The position numbers were made by a program, and so were the translations under genes. This document shows positions 56,477-64,000 of a DNA stretch of 64,000 nt, in pieces; position 1 is the first letter of the stretch; each line of letters begins with the position of its first letter. The notes under the pieces are model-generated. The model saw only the letters and a list, made by a program, of their open reading frames with translations, did not search any database and was not told where the DNA came from. The stretch spans positions 167,097 through 231,096 of the forward strand of contig CAZGOI010000001.1 of NCBI GenBank assembly GCA_964527185.1, in the 5' to 3' direction. The DNA comes from an uncultured Candidatus Saccharibacteria bacterium. GTDB taxonomy: Bacteria > Patescibacteriota > Minisyncoccia > Phycocordibacterales > UBA9973.

Positions 56477-56943
56477 AAACCAAGTTTATCGGCTAAGATC
56501 ATTGAATTTGATTCTCGCAATTGTATTTGCGGGACAAATTTTGCAATCGATTCTCTAACCTGATTGGTCAGCGAAGCCGGAAGGGTAATGGTATAGATAG
56601 GCAAGAAATATCTAGTCGTTTCGATCATGAGTTTACTCTCGACATCCCCAGGCAGGATATTGAAACCCTTGATATTTTTCCAGGGGTATTTATTTTTACC
56701 CATCATCAGACCGTCATTTGCGATCATGAACCGCACTGTTCCTGGCTCGCGAATGCTAAACATCAAAAGGCAGCCGCCAGAGATAAAAATAAATATTCCA
56801 AAGACAAAATTGCCAAGCCAAACTGCAACTACGCAAGCGACAATTGTCACAAGTATTATAGTCCAGATAAAATCAGGGCTTTTTTTCTTGTGATTGTACT
56901 CAAGGGTTTCCCAGCTGATAGTTTCAATTGTGGCGCCTTCCAT
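56473..56943 (-). CDS. Conserved CPR hypothetical membrane protein
   Basis: ISWETLEYNHKKKS, two TM helices, YPWKNIKGF PH-like region. Confidence 0.7.
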   Translation of the reverse strand: MEGATIETISWETLEYNHKKKSPDFIWTIILVTIVACVVAVWLGNFVFGIFIFISGGCLLMFSIREPGTVRFMIANDGLMMGKNKYPWKNIKGFNILPGDVESKLMIETTRYFLPIYTITLPASLTNQVRESIAKFVPQIQLRESNSMILADKLGF

Positions 56944-56986
56944 GAGACTAGTATAGCAAGAGATGAATTAAAAGACTATAAATATT

Positions 56987-57754
56987 TTATTTGAAGGCAA
57001 AGAGGAGATCAGCTTGGGCCTTTTCGATTGCTTTTTTGAATATATTTTCTGCCAGGGCAATAGCATCATCGCGAGTTTTATTTAGGTTATTTAATGTATC
57101 GGTCATAAGAAAATTTTTACTGCTGTCTTCTAGGTCTTTGCGGGCTTTTAAGATTATTTTATTTGTATCCATTTTCAAATTTTTGGCGACACTTCTGCTT
57201 GCACCCTGGCAATCGGCCGATGCTTTAGATAACGCCGCATCGACACTAGCCTTGAATGTAGTAATAGAGTCGTCGACGCTTTTTGCATGCATTGTGATAG
57301 CAGAATTTAGACCATCTCTGTAAATTTTTATAGCTTGGTCGATGCTCGCACGTCGAATATTAACTGCATTTGTAACAGCATTTTTATAAACTTCGACTGC
57401 TTTTTTCTCAGCATCGGTCGTGGCTCTCTTTGTGATTTTGTTCCAGTTTTCTGCATGCCTGCTATCTATGCCTACACGGCTGGCGGCCCGCTTAGCATCG
57501 GCATCGCTTTCGGCCTTGGCAAGCTTTGCTAGCCTATCGGCTTCATTTTGAGAATGTTTTACTTCGGCACCCGTGATTTGATCAGAGTATTTTGATTCCA
57601 GATTACCGATATTGCTACAGACGTTACTCGGATCTGTTATCTGGCTAGGATTATTTTTTAAACCCTTGTTTGAATTATCCGCAAAGGCAAAAACTGGCAC
57701 AAGGCTCGAACCGAGAAAAATTGCTATTAATATTTTTTTAAAATTAGAGCGCAT
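56987..57754 (-). CDS. Secreted alpha-helical hypothetical protein
   Basis: Signal peptide (AFA/D), Ala/Lys-rich helical body; start overlaps the upstream gene's end. Confidence 0.7.
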   Translation of the reverse strand: MRSNFKKILIAIFLGSSLVPVFAFADNSNKGLKNNPSQITDPSNVCSNIGNLESKYSDQITGAEVKHSQNEADRLAKLAKAESDADAKRAASRVGIDSRHAENWNKITKRATTDAEKKAVEVYKNAVTNAVNIRRASIDQAIKIYRDGLNSAITMHAKSVDDSITTFKASVDAALSKASADCQGASRSVAKNLKMDTNKIILKARKDLEDSSKNFLMTDTLNNLNKTRDDAIALAENIFKKAIEKAQADLLFAFK

Positions 57755-58139
57755 TTGTTGATGATGTTAAATCTATAACTGCTGGTTCATTTAAATCGGT
57801 CGGAGCGGCTAGGTCATCGTAATCGACACCAGACTCTTCGACTGATTCATCTTGAACGACCAAGTCTTTTATACTCGCGTCATTTTTTGCCCTACTCGGC
57901 GACAATGAATAGATGCCGACAACAATAAGGACTATCAGGCTTGGAACAAGTATCGCCCGTTTTGTTTTCCAAATTTTTGCAAATTCTGAAACCTTTACAA
58001 ATGGGCTCTCGATCGGCAAAAATTCTTTTTCTGTATTAACTTCGATATGCTCGAGCGCGAACTTCAAAGAAGCTCGATCTGGTAGATCGGTTTGTTTTAG
58101 ATTTTTTCTTATTAAATTTTCGAATTCTTGATCGTTCAT
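57744..58139 (-). CDS. Putative anti-sigma factor (single TM)
   Basis: Immediately downstream of the ECF sigma gene; cytoplasmic N-terminus, one TM, acidic tail. Confidence 0.5.
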   Translation of the reverse strand: MNDQEFENLIRKNLKQTDLPDRASLKFALEHIEVNTEKEFLPIESPFVKVSEFAKIWKTKRAILVPSLIVLIVVGIYSLSPSRAKNDASIKDLVVQDESVEESGVDYDDLAAPTDLNEPAVIDLTSSTNAL

Positions 58140-58140
58140 A

Positions 58141-58695
58141 TTAATTTTTATAAAGCTCTCGCAATTTTTTTATGGCCCGCGAGTGGACTTGACGTATAGC
58201 ATCTTCGCGCTTACCGGTAATTTCGGAAATTTCTTTGTATGACATGTCACTGACGTAGAAAAGATTTATGACCTCTTGTTGTTCTTCGGAAAGCCTGGCG
58301 ACTACCTCAAACAAAACTTCGTGCAAGTCAGAATCATCAAAGTTTTCCTTCTCGGCAACTGCTTCGGCTCTAGCACCGACAATTTCATCAGAAACAATTT
58401 CACGATGAGAATTTTTCCTGAAATAGTCGATCATGCTGTTGCGCGCAACAGTAAAGAAAAAAGAAAGCGGTGAAGTATGGTTCTCATTCCAGTTTGGTAT
58501 GGCGCCCCAGATTTTTATAAAAACATTCTGGGTCATGTCTGTGGCTTCGTCTTTGTGCTTGATACGAGAGAGGATATATCGGTAAAGCGGGGTATAGTAA
58601 GAAGAATAAATTTGCTCAAAGGCTTTGTCGTTGCCAGATTTGGCTTCTAGAATAAGCCTTTTAAGCTCTTCTTGCTTTTGTAATAGTTCACTCAT
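58141..58695 (-). CDS. ECF-type RNA polymerase sigma-70 factor
   Basis: AFEQIY...LYRYI, DMTQNVFIKIW, ARNSMIDYFRK, LSEEQQEVI..MSYKEISEITG. Confidence 0.92.
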   Translation of the reverse strand: MSELLQKQEELKRLILEAKSGNDKAFEQIYSSYYTPLYRYILSRIKHKDEATDMTQNVFIKIWGAIPNWNENHTSPLSFFFTVARNSMIDYFRKNSHREIVSDEIVGARAEAVAEKENFDDSDLHEVLFEVVARLSEEQQEVINLFYVSDMSYKEISEITGKREDAIRQVHSRAIKKLRELYKN

Positions 58696-58749
58696 ATGTA
58701 ACGTATAATATACTCTTTTGTGATCTAGAGCAAAAGAATTGTAGTTATG

Positions 58750-59976
58750 TTAGAGGACTGCAAGTAGAGCATCCAGTGCAACCTTCTCATTTGCTATATT
58801 TGGACTGACGGCTCGGAGTTCTCGCAAGACTTTATCGATCTTGCCATCGATCAATGTCCAGGCAGTAGGATTTTTTGGTTTTAGTCGTGCTTCGGCACTG
58901 TCCCATTCATATTCCAAATCTCCGATACGGGTAGTCGCGCCAGATTGGTTTCCTGCATTCAGTAAATCGAGAGTATCTTGGGTAATAGTTTTAAATGAAG
59001 ACATGTCACCAAGCGGTGATGTTTGTGTGTTCGCGCCACCAGAACGAGAAGTCGTATCTGCATTCTTTAGGGCAGATTGGCGCATGTTATAGCCAACCAA
59101 CCCGGCGGTCGCAAGCAAGGCGACGACAATTATCGTTTGAATCAAGCCACTTCTTTTTTTATTTGAACCAATTTCTTTTTCAACCCCCTCTTTGTTTTCT
59201 TTTTTTATAACATCTCTCTTGGTTATTGAAAGGTAAGCGACAATTGCAAGAATACCACCGACAAATATGAAACTAGTGACAGTCGCCCCAAGCCCCAGCC
59301 CGCCGTATTTTGGAGGTTGAGATAGATAATCACCGATCGATGCGCCGAGTGGCCGAGTCAAAATATAAATAAGCCAAAAAGACAAGACTGGGTTTAATTT
59401 AAATCGCCAAGCAATCGTAAATATTGCGATCAGACCTGCGATGATGAAACCAGTTGTCGCATAGCCGAGGCCAAGCCCTTCGGCCATCAGGTCGCCCGAA
59501 GCTGTGCCAAGCGCAAAAGTAAATAAAATAGTGAGCCAATAAAAAGCTTCTCTTCGAGGTGTAAATATCGAGTGGATTGACAGTGTTTTTTCGAAGTAAT
59601 ACCAAACAATGAAAGTGGCAGCCAAAAGAATACTGAATATGATGGTGCTTGTTTCAAGCGGTACGCCGATTTTGTCGGTTAGATTATCCGTCACGAGTGT
59701 TCCAAACACGCTGATGAACATGACAGAAAGCCAATAGGTTACCGGGACATATTTTTTTGCTCTAAATTGAAAGACGAGGGCGATAGCAAGCAATATTCCA
59801 GTTACGATCGATGTTCCGGTTAAACCCAGATTGAGGTTTACGTTTAAATAGTCTGCAGCTGTTTCCCCGACAGTCGTACACATTACCTTTATGAACCAAA
59901 ACCAGAGCGTGATCTCTGGAACTTTGTTGAGCATTTGCCGCCATTTTGCATCAATATTTTGTATGGTAGATGACAT
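58750..59976 (-). CDS. COG4705/DUF347-repeat membrane protein with C-terminal soluble domain
   Basis: NKVPEITLWFW, TTVGETAAD, REAFYW..ILFTFALGTA.GD, YILTRPLGASIGD. Confidence 0.85.
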   Translation of the reverse strand: MSSTIQNIDAKWRQMLNKVPEITLWFWFIKVMCTTVGETAADYLNVNLNLGLTGTSIVTGILLAIALVFQFRAKKYVPVTYWLSVMFISVFGTLVTDNLTDKIGVPLETSTIIFSILLAATFIVWYYFEKTLSIHSIFTPRREAFYWLTILFTFALGTASGDLMAEGLGLGYATTGFIIAGLIAIFTIAWRFKLNPVLSFWLIYILTRPLGASIGDYLSQPPKYGGLGLGATVTSFIFVGGILAIVAYLSITKRDVIKKENKEGVEKEIGSNKKRSGLIQTIIVVALLATAGLVGYNMRQSALKNADTTSRSGGANTQTSPLGDMSSFKTITQDTLDLLNAGNQSGATTRIGDLEYEWDSAEARLKPKNPTAWTLIDGKIDKVLRELRAVSPNIANEKVALDALLAVL

Positions 59977-60162
59977 AAAGTAGATTGTAAAATAAAATTA
60001 CAACTCACACAACCCAAAAATTGCGGAACCAGAGGGATTTAGGTAGGTCTAATTCTATTATCAAAATTGTATTATTCCCCCGATTTCTATATAATTATTA
60101 TACTGGTTCTTTAAAAATATTACGAATATTTGAAATTTTTTTAACACTTTAAAACTAAACAT

Positions 60163-60369
60163 ATGCCGAAAAGAATAAGAAGTTTTGCTACAAGCGACGG
60201 CAAAGCTTACTACGAACACACTGGTCACTACTATGAATTCAAAAAAATTTCGAAAAAGAAATTTTTAATGCCCCCTTCATCTGCCACAAAGCAGAACCTT
60301 GTTCAAACAGGCGATAATAGTGCAGCTATAACAACAACAAAAGCTGTAATGAAAGAATTTGGCTATTAA
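60163..60369 (+). CDS. Small hypothetical protein
   Basis: 68-aa ORF lying between a tRNA-Ser 3'-end fragment and tRNA-Ser(GCT). Confidence 0.4.
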   Translation: MPKRIRSFATSDGKAYYEHTGHYYEFKKISKKKFLMPPSSATKQNLVQTGDNSAAITTTKAVMKEFGY

Positions 60370-60422
60370 TTTTCTTTTTTAACCCAACCGTACCTTAATC
60401 ATATTAAGGTACTTTTAAATTT

Positions 60423-60514
60423 TGGCGGAACCGGAGGGATTCGAACCCTCGAGGGGGTATAAAGCCCCTACCTCTTTAGCAAAGAGGTACGTTAGACCAC
60501 TCTGACACGGTTCC
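60423..60514 (-). tRNA. tRNA-Ser(GCT)
   Basis: Reverse complement GGAACCG...CCTCT-TTGCTAA-AGAGG, long variable arm, G73-CCA. Confidence 0.93.
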
Positions 60515-60689
60515 AAAATGCCCCTACACATTATCATATTTGATATTTTTACTCAAAACTATTGTTATGCTAGTATGTGAAAATTGGAGGCGTGGATGAG
60601 ATGGGGTAAATATAAACTGCTTTATATTTACCCGCGAGCAGAGCGAGAGAACCACTCAGACACGAGATTCCGACAATGCGGAGCATATT

Positions 60690-60776
60690 GGAGGCGTGGA
60701 TGAGTGGTTTAAATCAACGGTTTACTAAACCGTCGACCCTTAATCGGGTCCGTGAGTTCGAATCTCACCGCCTCCG
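60690..60776 (+). tRNA. tRNA-Ser(ACT), rare A34 anticodon
   Basis: GGAGGCG/CGCCTCC acceptor, G73, ACGGT-TTACTAA-ACCGT anticodon arm, long variable arm GACCC-TTAATC-GGGTC, GTGAG-TTCGAAT-CTCAC. Confidence 0.85.
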
Positions 60777-60861
60777 CAACGATCTTTTCAAACAACCCCC
60801 TGCTATTTTTGTATAAAAAGAATTTGTAGTACACTTAACTTAAGTATAAATAATAAATGAT

Positions 60862-61005
60862 ATGGAAATTATGAAAATCAATTTTGATTTCCTGACAATT
60901 TTAAGCATGATTGTTCTTGTTGCTGTATTAATCTGGCTCCCTTTTCTAATCAGAAATCTCCGACGGGATTCTAAGTTAAACAACTCCGAAAACAAGAGTA
61001 TTTAG
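60862..61005 (+). CDS. Small single-TM protein (47 aa)
   Basis: MEIMKINFDFLTILSMIVLVAVLIWLPFLIRNLRR..., read manually; followed by a terminator-like hairpin near 61039-61065. Confidence 0.45.
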   Translation: MEIMKINFDFLTILSMIVLVAVLIWLPFLIRNLRRDSKLNNSENKSI

Positions 61006-61192
61006 CCAAATTATAAGCTCAGGAAAAAATTTTCACCCAATGCTCCTAATTCAGGGGCATTTTTTATGCAAGCAAGTAAGAGAATTTATTAACTATTGTC
61101 TTTGTACAATAAAAATTATGAACAAATAAAATTTACAATACTATTAAATAGGGTGTATAATGTGGACATTAAAAGCTAATTAATTTATCGAT

Positions 61193-61363
61193 ATGACTTT
61201 TATTCAAACACTTCTTCAAACAATCTGGTCGTCGCTCGTGATGCTCGGTCCTATCAAGGTTGTTATCGTGGTTGTAATCATCGCGCTTCTCTCGAGGGCC
61301 CAATCGCTCCTCGGTCTGCTCGCCGCCATACTCTTCATAGCCTATCTGGCCCACTGGATCTAA
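61193..61363 (+). CDS. Small hydrophobic membrane protein (56 aa)
   Basis: MTFIQTLLQTIWSSLVMLGPIKVVIVVVIIALL...AYLAHWI, read manually; upstream TATAAT at 61156. Confidence 0.5.
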   Translation: MTFIQTLLQTIWSSLVMLGPIKVVIVVVIIALLSRAQSLLGLLAAILFIAYLAHWI

Positions 61364-61410
61364 AAATTTTGCTGTTTGGTTAATCAATTCAATTTAAGTA
61401 TAATAAACTT

Positions 61411-61608
61411 GTGGAGGGCATAGAGTTTGAAAAAGAAAATATAGCATACAGGCCTCTGGCAAAACCCGAAGCCAAAGTCCCTTGGATGCACCGCATGGTC
61501 ATGAAACTAAGCGGCGGCAAGGTCAAAGACATAGAGCAGTCAAGAAAAATACTGGTTATTGTTGCTATTATTTTATTTCTTCTATCGATTTATAATTTCT
61601 TCTTTTAA
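61411..61608 (+). CDS. Small hypothetical protein with C-terminal TM
   Basis: GTG start 6 nt after TATAAT; upstream of the pilin gene. Confidence 0.6.
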   Translation: MEGIEFEKENIAYRPLAKPEAKVPWMHRMVMKLSGGKVKDIEQSRKILVIVAIILFLLSIYNFFF

Positions 61609-61616
61609 TTTTATTT

Positions 61617-62141
61617 ATGAAAAATAAAAAAAGAGGTTTCACTCTAGTTGAACTCATGGTCGTCATAGCGATCATCACTTTCTTGGCGAGTATCGTCGTC
61701 TCGGCGCTCAATGCTTCCCGTTCGAAAGCAAGAGATGCCGAAAGAAAGCAAGACATGATACAAGTTAGAAACGCTCTCGAGCTCTACTACTCTGTAAACA
61801 AATCATACCCAAGCACCGGTGGAAATTTTTATAGCACTTCGGTCAACGTGCCTGGCCCGGGGACTTGCAGTGACTTTAACGGCAGTGGCACATATACGAG
61901 AACCGGGGCAAATGGCTACATACCAAATCTTGCCCCAACATACATATCGATTCTGCCCATAGACCCAAGGCCACTGTCGACTGGCAATTGCTATCTATAT
62001 AGATCAGATGGGGTTAATTATAAATTCTTGGTTTTTGGAACGGTTGAAAATTTTTCCTCAAATGATCCCATCAACGACCCCGGTAACCGCGCAAATAGTT
62101 GGGCGTATTGCACCGACACAGTTTCTTGCACAACTTGGTGA
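61617..62141 (+). CDS. Type IV pilin / GspG-like prepilin
   Basis: KRG/FTLVELMVVIAII class III signal, SRSKARDAERK, ALELYY, LPIDP. Confidence 0.92.
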   Translation: MKNKKRGFTLVELMVVIAIITFLASIVVSALNASRSKARDAERKQDMIQVRNALELYYSVNKSYPSTGGNFYSTSVNVPGPGTCSDFNGSGTYTRTGANGYIPNLAPTYISILPIDPRPLSTGNCYLYRSDGVNYKFLVFGTVENFSSNDPINDPGNRANSWAYCTDTVSCTTW

Positions 62142-62153
62142 TATAAATAAAGA

Positions 62154-62297
62154 ATGAAGACAAAAGTTAAAAATTATTGGGTCATTATAGTTTTGATTAT
62201 TTTGGTAAATATTTTTGTATTTAAATTTTTCTCAAGCCATTTGGAAAATTATGTAACCAACTACGAAACCGACCTAAACGCCAAAGCAGGATTGTGA
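62154..62297 (+). CDS. Small single-TM protein (47 aa)
   Basis: MKTKVKNYWVIIVLIILVNIFVFKFFS..., read manually, 12 nt after the pilin stop. Confidence 0.4.
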   Translation: MKTKVKNYWVIIVLIILVNIFVFKFFSSHLENYVTNYETDLNAKAGL

Positions 62298-62447
62298 TAG
62301 AGGCAATATGGTATAATAAACCCAGGTCGCGCTTATAAGCCCTGTTAAATTATTTTGGTTTATGAAAAAAGGCAACGACCACTAAGAGAGATTAAAGTCT
62401 CGCAAAGGAGGGAGCCCAGCTCCCTTTCTTTGTACCAGGCAAACAAA

Positions 62448-63626
62448 GTGAAAAAAAAGAAAAATAAATGCCCATATTGTGGTGATAGCGAGATCAACCA
62501 CACACTCGTTTTTATAGAAAACAGCATCTCGCCGCTATTTGACTCGCACATCTCGTGGGCCACTAAGCACGCGCCACAATTTCTGAAAAACTTTGCAAGC
62601 AGTGTACCAAATTTTTTATTCACAGGTCTTTCGAAAATCGGCTTGGCCAGTTTTTCTTCTGACATAGAAAAATCAAAATCTTTTCGTTCTCGCGTTATCT
62701 GGGAAGAGGCCGAAAGGCGCGGTATAAAAATGGAACAAGTTTTTCTCGGCAAACGTGGGATAGACTGGTATCGGGCAGAACTCGGCGACAAAACAATTTT
62801 TTTTGAAAGTATACCAGTGCAACCAGAATACCTAGATTTTAAAAAAGATTGGGACAATAAAATTATTCTTAAAAAAGAATTAGCCAGGCACAGTGTCCCA
62901 GTTCCGAAATTTATAAAGATATTTCCTATAAGATTATCGAGCCTAGAGAAAAAATTTTCCAAATTAGAAAAACCGATAATAGTAAAACCAATGCTAGGCT
63001 CTCGAGCCCGGCACACGGTCACAAATATAAATACATTTGAAGAATTTAAAAATGCACTTCGATTAACAAGACAGATTTCCCCATATACAATTGCCGAAGA
63101 GCATGTCGATGGCTACATATGCAGGGCAACGCTCGTCGGTGGCAAGCTCGCTGGTTTCTATAGTGGTGAACCCCCTTTTATAATTGGCGACGGTAAAAAT
63201 AGTATAAAGTATTTGATAGATTTGAAAAACTCAAAAAAAGAAAATACTCGCTACAATATCCGCATCAACGATGAATTAAAAAGTCATGTATCGAGGCTAG
63301 GCTATGGATTAGAAAACATTTTAGAAAACAACAAGCGCATATATCTTTCCCATAGAAACGGCCAACTTTTCGGAGGTTATACCAAAGAAATGATCGATAG
63401 CTTGCACCCGAGCTTCATTCCAATTCTTGAAAAAGCTGCAAAAGTAATCGGTCTGCCAGTCATAGGCCTCGATTGTCTGATTCCCGACCCGACAAAAAAT
63501 GAAAGTACGCAAAAGTGGGCGATAATCGAGTGCAACACTCTGCCGTTTATCGACATGCACTACTTTGCGCTCGAAGGCAAACCCCGAAATATTGCCGGTA
63601 TGATTTGGGACATGTGGCAGAAATAA
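62448..63626 (+). CDS. ATP-grasp ligase (cyanophycin synthetase/GshAB-like ATP-grasp domain); start uncertain (62355 or GTG 62448)
   Basis: DNKIILKKEL..VPVP, PIIVKPMLGSR, EEHVDG, IIGDGKNSI, GLD, IIECNTLP. Confidence 0.75.
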   Translation: MKKKKNKCPYCGDSEINHTLVFIENSISPLFDSHISWATKHAPQFLKNFASSVPNFLFTGLSKIGLASFSSDIEKSKSFRSRVIWEEAERRGIKMEQVFLGKRGIDWYRAELGDKTIFFESIPVQPEYLDFKKDWDNKIILKKELARHSVPVPKFIKIFPIRLSSLEKKFSKLEKPIIVKPMLGSRARHTVTNINTFEEFKNALRLTRQISPYTIAEEHVDGYICRATLVGGKLAGFYSGEPPFIIGDGKNSIKYLIDLKNSKKENTRYNIRINDELKSHVSRLGYGLENILENNKRIYLSHRNGQLFGGYTKEMIDSLHPSFIPILEKAAKVIGLPVIGLDCLIPDPTKNESTQKWAIIECNTLPFIDMHYFALEGKPRNIAGMIWDMWQK

Positions 63627-63628
63627 AA

Positions 63629-64000
63629 TTAATGCGCCAATGCAAAGCCGACAACTTTTTTTGCGCCGGCTGACTCTAACAACTTTTTTATTTCGCCGAT
63701 CGTTGCGCCGGTTGTCGTGACGTCGTCGATGACGATGACCACCCGACCCGAAACAGCATTTTTATTTTTTAACCTAAACGCTCCCTTGATATTTTTTATG
63801 CGCGCAGTGCGATTGACGATCCGAGCCTGCGGGGGAGTGTCGATCGCTCTTTCTACGATATCGGTTCGCAACGCCAAATTATTTTTACCAACCGGAGCGC
63901 AAAAATACCTAGCAATAATTTTTGCTTGGTTATAGTTTCGGGCCCTGCTCTTTTGTTTTGATATCGGCACTGGTATTACCAAAATCGGCTGGCTACCTGC
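63629..64000 (-). CDS. comF: ComF family phosphoribosyltransferase-like competence protein, 3' part
   Basis: IPVPIS...RNYNQA, NIKGAF, IVIDDVTTTGAT; frame stays open to the window end. Confidence 0.88.
   Translation of the reverse strand, partial: AGSQPILVIPVPISKQKSRARNYNQAKIIARYFCAPVGKNNLALRTDIVERAIDTPPQARIVNRTARIKNIKGAFRLKNKNAVSGRVVIVIDDVTTTGATIGEIKKLLESAGAKKVVGFALAH

Noticed and set aside
61169-61387. 72-aa minus-strand ORF from the ORF track
   Set aside because: The plus-strand 56-aa hydrophobic ORF (61193-61363) fits the local gene orientation and promoter better
62360-63022. 220-aa antisense ORF inside the ATP-grasp gene
   Set aside because: Fully overlaps a better-supported CDS and has no recognisable features

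Overview
This window looks like a chromosome segment of a small-genome Candidate Phyla Radiation (Patescibacteria, Parcubacteria/Nomurabacteria-like) bacterium. The assignment is inferred from gene content: an S10-spc ribosomal cluster lacking rpmD (L30), an archaeal-type UMP kinase, a standalone VirD4/TraG-like ATPase, a type IV pilin, ComF and few clear Shine-Dalgarno motifs. TGA and TAG both terminate genes, consistent with code 11. Core content: tuf, 22 ribosomal protein genes, secY, map, nusA, tig, clpP, ftsH, rny, smpB plus tmRNA, infC, mutM, ruvA, an H+-pyrophosphatase, DipZ and six tRNAs. The most notable non-core signals are: (1) a TrmB-type regulator (amber-interrupted) with twin operators, divergent from a ~450-nt highly structured non-coding leader and orphan ORFs that are each followed by a repeated hairpin module; (2) a three-gene surface operon containing a secreted Hint (intein-like) protein with an 8-Cys C-terminal peptide; (3) rare anticodons, Ile(UAU), Arg(GCG) and Ser(ACU), with tRNA-Ser fragments nearby; (4) a 6S-RNA-like sRNA; (5) Bacteroidota-style lipoproteins and a fatty-acid desaturase; (6) many apparently leaderless genes with a -10 box exactly 6 nt before the start codon. 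All calls come from reading the sequence and recalling motifs; no searches or folding programs were run.
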